Source: Octopus vulgaris (Eukaryota). Taken from it: a DNA stretch of 64,000 nucleotides. Of the stretch, positions 1-10,400 are shown piece by piece. The translations under genes and the position numbers were made by a program. Where the stretch lies: NCBI GenBank assembly GCA_951406725.2, contig OX597814.1:221960001-222024000 (forward strand), read 5' to 3'. Under the pieces are notes generated by a model. That model saw only the letters and a program-made list of their open reading frames with translations, did not search any database and was not told the DNA's origin. Within the stretch, counting starts at the first letter, position 1; each line of letters begins with the position of its first letter.

Positions 1-202
1 TTCCTTTGATCCTCTACCATACTTCTTGAATCCTTTCATGATTCCGAACCACTTCAGCATTATCTTCCGTTTAAATCTATTTTTCACGAGAAAATTCTTT
101 CTGGACTTTCTTATTTTACAAACACTATTGGTTTTTTTCCCCTTCTGTATACAATCAAACAGAATAATATGACATCTCATAGTATTTTAGTCATTTTAAA
201 TT

Positions 203-500
203 GTCAAGTGGTTAAGCTGTTGAGCTCAGGATCATACGTACATGAAGTCAATTTCTGAACCGGGGGCGTTTCATTTCGCGTTGCTCCAATCTTCTTAACT
301 CTAATTAGTACCAGCCTAGTGCTGGTATAGTACTCACTGCCTTCCGTTGTTATCCGCGATGTTCAGCAGGTTCAAGGTGTAAAACGTATTAGAGTTATAA
401 GAGATCGTGTTTTCTTTCAACTCACAAATTTCGCCCATCTTCAACTGTGCTCTACACGATCACTCAAATAGCAGAAAGTATAATATACTACCCTCCTTAA
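203..500 (+). mobile_element. Old, diverged tRNA-derived SINE remnant
   Basis: A-box-like TCAAGTGGTTAAG; CATTTCGCGTTGCTCCA resembles the central block of the 34780-35076 SINE; heavily decayed. Confidence 0.35.
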
Positions 501-715
501 GGAAATCAAACTGGATATTATGGTTTTAGATAGATTATACTCGAACACAGTATGGTTGCAGAATGAAAGACTTTAGTGTTACATCTAGCGTACAGCAACG
601 GAATAACTTTAGCCTCGGTACGTGACGGCGTTGTGTTATGTTTCAAAGTATTCTTGGATAAAGTTTAATTCTTGCTAGCTGACTTATTTTTGTGTCAGCG
701 ACTTAATCGATTATA

Positions 716-935
716 CGAGGGGCTGCTGAAAAGGTCCTAGCTTTGGGTAACAGAAAATAGAGGAGAATCAGTTAATTATGATTTTATCCAACATATTACC
801 CTGAGATTCACACAATTATTGCAGCAGTGCTTCAATTTTCTTAGATCTGTAAAAACAACTCGAAAAGCTGGGCCCCCCCCCCAAAGATGCCTTTCGCGAT
901 ACTCATAAAGCCAGGAAATTTTTAGCACCCCTTCA
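716..935. mobile_element. Mariner-type MITE
   Basis: TA|CGAGGGGCTGCTGAAAAGGTCCTAGCTTT ... AAAGCCAGGAAATTTTTAGCACCCCTTCA|TA: imperfect ~29-bp TIRs with TA flanks. Confidence 0.75.
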
Positions 936-1491
936 TAAGGTTCATATGATCGGCAAACTATGAGCACAAATGTGAAATCTGGAAGAGTCAATCACTTAAC
1001 CATTTGAGTGAAGAAGGTCTCCATTTTACACGATTAAAGCGTTGCACTACTTTTAAAAATTGTTATGGTAGTTAAGTACTTTATTGGAACTCAAAAGCCA
1101 GATCGGAGCTTTTTATTGAGCTACTGTAATAAAGTCAGCATTTGTTGAGAAAGATTTTATAACATTGATTTGTGATTGCGTAGAAGATGCGGTTTTATTG
1201 GTATAAATAAACTGAATATCCTGAGTATATAATGTCCCTATATCAATTAGGAATATTAGGATTGTGCCTAAATGTGTGAAGTCAAATATATTTTATTACG
1301 ATATTTTACGGATTCATTTCTTACTTTCACCGTTTCTGCGCTCATATTCATTGTCTTTCACTTTCTGATTTCATTGTCCAAGTACTTTGAAACGGTTTTC
1401 AACTTTAATTTTTCTTTTCAGAGCAGGTGTTGGCTGACACAGATTCAATTATCCATTAAAGGCTTAGTCTCTCTCTCTCTCATTCTTTTTT

Positions 1492-1543
<52 letters not shown>

Positions 1544-1683
1544 TATTCCTTTCTTTCTTTCTTGCTTTCTATCCTTCTTTCTTTCTTTCATTTTTCTTTT
1601 CGTAATACGCTTGTTGATAATCTTGACAGTGTAGTAGCGCAGAGCATTGATGAACGCAGTGTTTGGTGCATCTTTAAACGTTG

Positions 1684-1719
1684 TGATCATCATCATCATT
1701 ATCATCATCATCATCATCA

Positions 1720-1777
<58 letters not shown>
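1684..1777. repeat. (CAT)n-(TAT)n microsatellite
   Basis: Direct reading. Confidence 0.95.
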
Positions 1778-1778
<1 letters not shown>

Positions 1779-2076
1779 TACTCTTTTACTCTTTTACTTG
1801 TTTCAGTCATTTGACTGCGGCCATGCTGGAGCACCGCCTTTAGTTGAGCAAATCGACCCCGGGACTTATTATTTGTAAGCCCAGTACTTATTCTATCGGT
1901 CTCTTTTGCCGAACCGCTAAGTGACGGGGACGTAAACACACCAGCATCGGTTGTCAAGCAATGCTAGGGGGAACAAACACAGACACACAAACACACACAC
2001 ATATATATATATACATATATACGACAGGCTTCTTTCAGTTTCCGTCTACCAAATCCACTCACAAGGCATTGGTCGG
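1779..2076 (-). mobile_element. tRNA-derived SINE family A, 5'-truncated
   Basis: Reverse complement of the 3' two-thirds of 7472-7897, with (GTAAAAGA)n tail and internal CA/TA tract. Confidence 0.93.
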
Positions 2077-2110
2077 ATTGTTAAACTGCACTGGTTTGTT
2101 TAATTTAAGC

Positions 2111-2452
2111 CAGGGGTCCTCAACCATTCCTTATCTATGGACCCCTTTGATTATTATTTTATTCCGGTGGATTCCCATAGAAATTCGATGTTGAAAGACT
2201 AGTCTAACAGAAACTTCTTTCAAAATTTCTATTTTTTTCATACATTAAATTGTGTAGGTTGAACTATGTAAAATGTTTGAGAAAGAAACCTGTTTCTTGC
2301 AATACATACTAATACATATATCCAAAGCAATTTTTTTCTGTGGGGTCGTTAACTTACTATTTCGGATCTCCTGTTTACTATGTTGTTGCGTGGACCCCCA
2401 AAATTCTTAAGTGGACCCTTAGGAGCCATATCGATCCCAATTGAGAACAATA
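2111..2452. mobile_element. hAT (Charlie-like) non-autonomous element
   Basis: Starts CAGGGGTCCTCAACC, has subterminal GGACCC motifs and a decayed right end TTGAGAAC; 8-bp duplication ATTTAAGC at 2103-2110 and 2453-2460. Confidence 0.7.
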
Positions 2453-2595
2453 ATTTAAGCAGTGACAGAAATTCAATTTGAGGTTGCATGCAGGTTTAGG
2501 AGAGTTGTTTAAAAGCTAACGAGAAATATATTAAACTTCTTTTGACCAATGGAATGTGAAGCTGTGAAACTGGATTAAAAAAGCTTTGGACTGGT

Positions 2596-2748
2596 ACACA
2601 CAAGCACATACATGTAAACATACACAAGCACACACACATATAAACATACACACATACATATAAACATATACAAGCACACACACATACATATAAACATACA
2701 CAAGCACATACACACATACATATAAACATATACAAGCACACACACACA
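2596..2748. repeat. ~30-bp CA-rich minisatellite (ACAAGCACACACACATACATATAAACAT-like)
   Basis: About five imperfect units read directly. Confidence 0.8.
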
Positions 2749-2754
2749 TGTATT

Positions 2755-3330
2755 GAAAGTCAACTTGTCACCGATTACCGCCAATTCTTGGAATATAGCC
2801 ACATGCTTTACGGAAAATGTACTCTTTGTTTATCTGCTCACTTACAACCCACACTGCAGGCTGGGCATTTCATCTTATGCGACGCCCACTGCTTATTTGG
2901 GTGATAAAATTTTGAGATGCCATTATAACACATCCTCAGAACAACCTACTTTACAATCCATATCTCATGGAAATACAGTTGTGTTTTATTTTTTTAACTT
3001 CAAGTATAACATGACAGTGCCCAGGACTTAGCAATTTCGTTTTTATAAGGCATATGCAAACATGGTACTCGCATTGTAGTGACTGACCAGAAGCCTTTTT
3101 GTCACCAGCTTCATATATCTTACAGAAGTTTTCGATTGAGTATCAGCTATACTCCTTGTATCGAAGAGTTTGACATTCCTGGCAGTGGCATTCAAAAGTC
3201 TACGACGATGCATTTTAGTTGTCTAACGTTCAGATGTTTTGTTGTCAATTCTGGTTTTCTTTAACGCAAACTTCAGGCAGTTTTTATACTTCTTCCTTCG
3301 TGTGCATTACTGGCGATTTCCACCATTTTT
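2755..3330 (-). pseudogene. Possible ancient Tc1-family transposase remnant
   Basis: Broken minus-strand peptides TSER..RRRLLNATARNV (HTH-like) and VVLRMCYNGI (cf. VMVWGC motif); many stops. Confidence 0.3.
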
Positions 3331-4316
3331 AATACTATACAATACCTGTTTTAGCAATCAAAACTCTTCCAAGTGTACTGTTATGATTAGACAAACTAAG
3401 CTGCGGATTTAATGACAAAGTTTGAACACGTGACAAATCGGTGTACTGTATCACTTCTGTATCTTGTGAAAACGATCTCTAGTAGATTCTCAAAATGCGA
3501 TGCACACACTACGAATAGAAACATTCCGTGTGTTAAAGATGCCTAGCAATGTAGAAGTAGATACACGCGCTACATTTCAATATTGTTCTCATTTTGATAT
3601 TTGATTGTCACAAAACAAAATAATATCTATATAGATAACATATTAAATTATTTAGCCAACGCATAAGTCAGGGTCAGAAAATTATTAAGAAGTATTGAGA
3701 GATAAGCGATGTGACTATAATTCTGCAATATGTCTGTAATTCTCAAATATATCGATCCCCATATATAACGCATCAGATACTGAGCAAGGTCAAAGAAGCA
3801 AATATTTTGTTGCCCTCGAACAGACCATATTCTTTAGAAGTATATTGTGTTTGAAGATGTCGCTTGGAGAATATTCGGAAAACTGACAGCTTTATTTTTT
3901 CCAGTGTTAATATCACCAGGCTAAGAGAGATGACATTTTGAAACTTTCTTAAGAAAGGTACAACTACTGAGGGTTAGATTCAGTTTTCAGATCCAGCGTC
4001 AGTGAATACGATTTTCCAGTTCATGACCACCACAAAGAGATGTGAACAAAAAGATGTTAACAACCATGTTCTGATTTCTATATATTTTATTTCCGTTTTC
4101 ATTTTCTCTCCTTATGATATGTTACAGGTACAGTATACCATACTGATGTTTTCATGGTTTATCAGCTTAGCACTGAGACAAAAATAGATTGAACAACTGA
4201 ATAATTAAATTCATGACACTGTATTTTCCATATTTATAAAAAAAAGGTAGTTACACTGTTGGTATGTATATCCGTTTATAACTACGAAGTTATAATAATC
4301 ATGATAATATTAATAA

Positions 4317-4415
4317 CTAGCTGGACCCGTGAAAATTTCACGGAAAATATAAAAAAAAGTAAGCATCTGTAAATTGTATGCAGGTGCCATGAGAAATGTT
4401 TCTATATTATGATAG
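4317..4415 (-). mobile_element. Very short non-autonomous Helitron
   Basis: Minus strand ends in the hairpin CCGTGAAA-T-TTTCACGG followed by GTCCAGCTAG|T, the Helitron 3' signature. Confidence 0.55.
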
Positions 4416-4418
4416 TTA

Positions 4419-4460
4419 AAGGCAGCAAGCAGGCAGAATCGTTAGCACGCCATTCGAAAG
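4419..4460 (+). mobile_element. Head fragment of SINE family B
   Basis: AAGGCAGCAAGCAGGCAGAATCGTTAGCACGCC matches the head at 49099. Confidence 0.6.
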
Positions 4461-4698
4461 AGTGACGCTTTATTTTTTGTGACCAAGTTATTCAATTGGA
4501 TTTATTTAACTGTTGAACATCTCCCGTAAGGTTGAACCTATTGTTGAGCGTTGAATTTTTGAATTATTTGCTACTGTTTTTTTTTTTTGCAAGTGTATTA
4601 TATTTGTTTTACCTCCTCATTTATGGGTGAAGTAGGAGAAATAATGGAGAGTGCGGCAGTTTAACAGTGGATGTGTTGCAAGCGCGAAAAAAATTAAA

Positions 4699-5330
4699 AT
4701 GAACCAGAAGAGATTGAAAGAATTCAACAAAATCTTGGAAAAGGATGGTACCAGCCCAAAGTTAACACTACCAGAAAGATTTACAGCAAATATAATGAAG
4801 CGGACTGTGGTATATAGAACATTGTCCCTGAAGTCGCGAAATAGCCTCAGTGGAGGCCATAGAAGAATGCCTAAAAGAGGTGAAGAACCTCACAATACAA
4901 GAGGCAGGAAGTACGGCATAGTGGAGGTGAGATTCGCAAATGAGCAAGAAGCGATGAACCATTCCACTGTGACGCTGAGAACACCAGTGGGTACTTCTGC
5001 CGACGTACTGTGGCAAACATGTGGCCAGAGTAAGGATCGGCAGTGTGCCCCCTAAGAATGAAGAAGAGTGACTGGTGGCAGCCATCCTTTTCCACATGGA
5101 AGAAGAAGTAAAAGTATTAAAGGTGGTGAAAACGAGAGAGGTGAACTGGAGGTTATGAACTGAGGTGTCGATCCAGGTCAGTTTGCCGGACCTTCAAAAC
5201 AAAGTAGAAGAGGTGAAACTGCCAGAAGATGAGATTTTGAGAGTGGTGGTGGAGGGAAGACCTACAACCTGCTACCAGTGTGGAGTACAGGGACACATGA
5301 AGGCAAAGTACCCACAGAATCACGATGAGG
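4699..5330 (+). pseudogene. Decayed L1/Tx1-like ORF1 (gag-like, RRM region plus zinc knuckle)
   Basis: Across frameshifts reads KYGIVEVRFANEQEA ... RVRIGSVPPKNEEE*LVAAIL ... RVVVEGRPTTCYQCGVQGHMKAKYP (CX2CX4HX4C knuckle with last C->Y). Confidence 0.75.
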
Positions 5331-5405
5331 ATGTTTACGGTAAAAAAATAACCAACAATTTAAAGAATACCAGGATTCACAATAAGTGACACACACACAC
5401 ACACA

Positions 5406-5880
5406 TGCTTGTCTCCGTTCCGCCTTGCAGCCAAATAGCGGTGCATGGCTCAATTCGGTGCCCTCCTCATCTACCAGTATCTTTTTATCGCAGTGTCCCA
5501 ATGCTTTGGGCTCCGCATGTGCATGCCTCACAAATGTCACACTCAGAAATGCAGTAATACTTACAATGCAGTAAGTGAATTCGGACTGCATCCTTTAACC
5601 TGCTAGTTTAGCGCTTCCGATTCCCCCGACACGCCGCTCTAAGTGACATAATCAGAATGGGCCTTGATGCGGTTGACCTTCCATTACAACTTGAGCCAGC
5701 AAGTCTAGGATGCGGGGATGGTAAGCGCGTCGATGGGAAAACCCTTTTCCAAATCGAGGTAGGCAGATCTCCTGTCTGGGACGCGAGTGTCATTGGCCAT
5801 TCACCGACGCAACGCAATTGCTGTCATGATCGCGGGGCGTACCAGAGCACCCTCACTTGTTCTGGAATATGTTATCCATC
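5406..5880 (-). pseudogene. Decayed L1/Tx1-like ORF2 C-terminal (zf-RVT-like) fragment
   Basis: GC-rich; minus peptides IWKRVFPSTRLPSPHPRLA, RAACRG, HLLHC, TAIKRYW*MRR resemble the L1-clade C-terminal zinc-binding region. Confidence 0.45.
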
Positions 5881-6045
5881 GGCACATCCCTTCTGTCTTG
5901 CTCAGCTTAACATACCCCTCATATCATTTTCTTCTTCACTTCCTCTCCTTTTCTTATCTCTTCTTTCATGTATATTTGTATTGGAATGTTATAGTAAAAT
6001 AAAAAATATAATACGCTAAATGGAAGCAATATCCTATATAGATGT

Positions 6046-6484
6046 AGGCGCTGCGGTGACTGTGTGGTGAGAAGTTTGCTTCCCAACCAAATGCTCCCGG
6101 GTTCAGTTCCACAACGTTCCACCTTGGGCAAGTGTCTTCTACTATAGCCTTGAGCTGACCAGAGCCTTGTGAATGGATCAGTTAGACGGAAACTGAAAGA
6201 AGCCCAACGTATATATATGCATATATATGTATGTGCGTGTCTCCGTGCCAGCGTTGGTCACACCCCCACCATCACTGCTTGACACTCAGTGATGGTGTGT
6301 TTACGTTCCTAACTTATTAGTTAGACAAAACAGACCGATAGAATAAGTGCCAATCTTGAAAATAAATACTGGTGTCGATTATATCGACTATAGTTATACT
6401 ACGGTCATGTTGGGGCACCACTTTGAGGCGGTGCCTCAACATGACCGCAGTCTAATGACTGAAACGTGATAGAATAAAAGAATA
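6046..6484 (+). mobile_element. tRNA-derived SINE family A, older full-length copy
   Basis: AGGCGC..GTGTGGT head, B-box GGGTTCAGTTCC, same body and GACTGAAAC..AAAAGAATA tail as 7472. Confidence 0.88.
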
Positions 6485-6530
6485 TATACACGCATAAATA
6501 CATATATACATGTGTGTATACACACACATG

Positions 6531-6565
<35 letters not shown>

Positions 6566-7416
6566 ACATAAACATATTTATATACATACATGGATGGATG
6601 GGTGCCTGGGTGGAGAAATATTAGTTTCTAGTGTATCTGGACTTTAACGTACCTAATATTTTACAAAGCTCTTCTAACACACAATGTGGTTTCCGTGTAG
6701 CAAGCAGGACTAATTAGACGTTCTAATGTCTTATTCAATGAATTCTGTTCAGCAACCGTAATAATATCTTTCTCGGTAGAAAGTGAAATATCTTCAAGTG
6801 TAAGTAAATCATCTTCGATGGCTTCTTAGATTTTTCCTAAGAGGTTGATTATTAACATATGATTATGATAACAATAGGTATGCGCTTCAAGCAATATCTG
6901 TCTGTTGTGATATATTTCACGAATATAGAATCATCTCCTTTGCTCTTAGTGTTAGCAGCTTTATTTGACAGAGTAATAAAGGCATTATTCATTACTCATT
7001 TCTTGTACAACTTCAGTATATAATTATCCGCAATTAAGTGATTTTAGAATGGGTACGATTTTGTCCAAAATTTGTAGTTATGAAAATTGTTGAAAATATA
7101 ACGGTCTTAGTGAACAACCAAAGATATCTGTCTGCAAGCAAATAAAAACCGAACACAGAAATATAATTTTATTTAAAGAAAGGAAATGTATTAAAGTTGA
7201 TTCTGAACATCTGAAGCTTTATAACGTTACGTTTATATTATACCCAATCTGTGTTCATCTTCATCAACTATCCGTATATAGAATAATTAAGAGAGATTTA
7301 ATCCTTTACTAGCAGAATGTAAATTTATGGTAAAAACTAAAACAAAATAAAACACTCTCCGTATGCTGCTGCTCACACACACACATACACACATACGCAC
7401 ACACAAACACACACAA

Positions 7417-7460
<44 letters not shown>

Positions 7461-7471
7461 TAAACAGTATA

Positions 7472-7643
7472 GGCGCAGGAGTGGCTGTGTGGTAAGTAGC
7501 TTGCTAACCAACCACATGGTTCCGGGTTCAGTCCCACTGCGTGGCATCTTGGGCAAGTGTCTTCTGCTATAGCCCCGGGCCGACCAATGCCTTGTGAGTG
7601 GATTTGGTAGACGGAAACTGAAAAGAAGCCCGTCGTATATATG

Positions 7644-7676
<33 letters not shown>

Positions 7677-7897
7677 TTGTGTGTCTGTGTTTGTCCCCCT
7701 AGCATTGCTTGACAACCGATGCTGGTGTGTTTACATCCCCGTCACTTAGCGGTTCGACAAAAGAGACCGATAGAATAAGTACTGGGCTTACAAAGAATAA
7801 GTCCCGGGGTCGATTTGCTCGACTAAAAGGTGGTGCTCCAGCATGGCCGCAGTCAAATGACTGAAACAAGTAAAAGAGTAAAAGAGTAAAGAGAGTA
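7472..7897 (+). mobile_element. tRNA-derived SINE family A, young full-length copy (Octopus OK/OR-type)
   Basis: A-box TGGCTGTGTGG, B-box GGTTCAGTCCC, internal (TA)n(TG)n, (GTAAAAGA)n tail; near-identical to 41829 and 57862. Confidence 0.95.
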
Positions 7898-7958
7898 TAT
7901 TAGGGAGCATTCCACACTTATGTGTACCCTTCACATAATTCCCATGGAAAATCAATAT

Positions 7959-8590
7959 CTTTTCTACTCTAGGCACAAGGCCCGAAATTTTGGGGGAGGA
8001 GGCTAGTCGATTTGATCGATCCCAGTACGAAACTAGTACTTAATTTATCGACCCCGAAAGGATGAAAGGCAAAGTCAACCGCGACGGAATTTGAACTCAG
8101 AACGTAGCGGCAGACGGAATATCTATTTCTTTATTACCCACAATGGGCTAAATATAGAGGGGACAAACAAGGACAGACAAACGGATTAAGTCGATTATAT
8201 CAACCCCAGTGCGTAACTGGTACTTATTTAATCGACCCCGAAAGGATGAAAGGCAAAGTCGACCTCGCCGGAATTTGAACTCAGAACGTAACGGCAGACG
8301 AAATACTTATTTCTTTATTACCCACAAGGGGCTAAACACAGAGGGGACAAACAAGGACAGACATAGGTATTAAGTCGATTACATCGACCCCAGTGCGTAA
8401 CTGGTACTTAATTTATCGACCCCGAAAGGCAAAGTCGACCTCGGCGGAATTTGAACTCAGAACGTAACGGCAGATTAAATACCGCTAGGCATTTGGACCG
8501 GCGTGTTAACGTTTCTGCCAGGTCAACGGCAGACGAAATACCGCAAAGCATTTCGCCCGGCGTGCTAACGTTTTTGATAGCTCACCACCT
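7959..8590 (-). mobile_element. Nested/tandem array of SINE family B with an 18-bp target-site duplication
   Basis: Three bodies containing GACTTTGCCTTTC(ATCCTTTC)GGGGTCGAT plus an extra head; TSD CCCATGGARAATCAATAT at 7941-7958 and 8591-8608. Confidence 0.92.
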
Positions 8591-8789
8591 CCCATGGAGA
8601 ATCAATATGCCACTGTAAAACTACAGCTACTGTTCAATTAATTTCATTCGTTTCTGTACAGTCTCTTTCAAGACAATAACACTGAGAGTTTGTTGGTCAC
8701 TTTCAGAGTATAGAACATGACGCTTACCTAAGGTACTTGAGGACGAATCCGCAACTTGAATGCAGCATGAAATTATTTACTGTTCGGCC

Positions 8790-9037
8790 ATATTGAATGG
8801 CACGAGGAACATTCTAGAGGAACATCTTATCTAGCTACCACAGTCCTCAAATACCAGAACTGGACACTGTTTTAGCTGAAGAATAGACAAAAATTCTTTT
8901 GGAAGCAATTCAAACTTTGTACAAGTTCATACCTCATAGAGTTTAAGCAGTAATTACTGCCAAAGGCGGACCTACCCCATATTAAAATAAATATATTCGA
9001 TATTCTAAGGTGTTTCCATTATTTTGTCCAACCCTTG
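8790..9037 (+). mobile_element. Tc1-family 3' remnant (same family as 56551)
   Basis: Encodes LAEE..K....IQTLYKFIPHRV*AVITAKGGPTPY; right TIR GGTGTTTCCATTATTTTGTCCAACCCTTG|TA. Confidence 0.8.
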
Positions 9038-9632
9038 TACATATATTTTCACTTGTGTAAGGTGAAACAAAATACGGCCTCTTTGTAAGAAACACTAAAA
9101 TGTGTGTGTCTGCGAGCGAGTGTGTTTGTATTTCTTTATGCGAAGTGTTTGCGTGTATCTGTGTGTGTGCGTGTGTGTGTACGCACACAGACACAAACAC
9201 ACAAACACGATGGCACACCCGAATCCACCTGCGCACATGTATGTATACCTGTACAGACTTCGTAAAATAAATGAAGTGACCCAACTTTCTTTCATGCTTT
9301 CCAGAAAATTCTGCTCTCAGTGGTTTAATTTTATACAACCGCTTGCTACATTCTGGATTCCTTTCATCATCTGAGTTTGATTATATATTTCAATATTCTC
9401 TCAATGAATTCCATTCTGCAGACTTTCTATTCCTCCACTGAATAGGAATTCATATATCATGGAGTGCATGTTTTCCATTTGAGTAGATTTCATGAAACCT
9501 TCTTTGAAATGTTAACCGAAAAACATTATAACACTTTTTTCACGGATACTGTACATTGTTCTTAGTTTAAAACGAACTTTAAAACGAACTTTAAAAGCGT
9601 GTATCTAACGCAGAAAAGTTATCAAACAATGA

Positions 9633-10400
9633 CCTTTCTCTCTCTCCCTCACCTTTCTTCTTCTTCTTCTTCTTCTTCTTCTTCTTCTTCTTCTTCTTCT
9701 TCTTCTTCTTCTTCTTCTTCTTCTTCTTCTTCTTCTTCTTCTTCTTCTTCTTTTGCTATCTCTCTCTCTCTCTCTCTCCCTCACAGACTTTCTATGTGCC
9801 ATGCCTAGAGACATCAGTTACCGTGATACCCCGCATTAGCAAACTACTGGATTGGTTTCTTCGACCAGACACTTTAAAAACACCTGGTAAGACCGACCTT
9901 CATTTTTCTCTTTGTGTGTCACCCAAGCCTTTCTTTCATTTTCCAATTGTCTTTAAAACTTCTTTTCTTCTTATTCGGTTTGCAATGAATTCTAGTTTCA
10001 TGTTGTAGAAAATCTTTCCCTTGGTTTTTAGCTAGCCAAGGTTTTTCTGTTTGTCATTCGGTTGGAATTGGTTGTCATCAGTATTCTTTTAAAGAACCAC
10101 TATTCTGCTACATTGATAGCATCTACACTTCTTTGCTGATATTCAAGGTTACCCAAGAATATGTGAAGAATATCCTCAATGTATCTTTTTGTCATTCATA
10201 TTGGTAGCTGTTTATTTGACATTATACCTTTGAAATGTTCATGATTTTAAAAGAACTTAAATTTAGGTCTTTCTCAAATCATTGTAAATTATGTCCAACG
10301 ATAAAAATCAGAACCAATTCTGTGTATGCTACTCTACAGTTAGCGCAAATTCTGGTCGGTATCCACTTTCGTCTTGTTTCGGTTTCCAATCCTGCTGTAA
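9633..10400 (-). mobile_element. RTE-clade LINE 3' remnant with (GA)n/(AAG)n tail
   Basis: Minus peptide DAINVAE*WFFKRILMTTNSNRMTNRKTL matches the RTE motif AEMWFLRRIL.ISW....TNEEVL; GGCACATAG then GA and AAG repeats at the 3' end. Confidence 0.6.
9656..9752. repeat. (CTT)n microsatellite
   Basis: Direct reading. Confidence 0.97.

Noticed and set aside
6620-7000. Possible Helitron helicase remnant on the minus strand (NAFITLSNKAANT...)
   Set aside because: Similarity is limited to one or two short motifs among many stops; it needs a profile search.
7287-7715. 142-aa ORF with apparent paralogues at 1961, 38740, 41807 and 58018
   Set aside because: All are chance readings of SINE family A.
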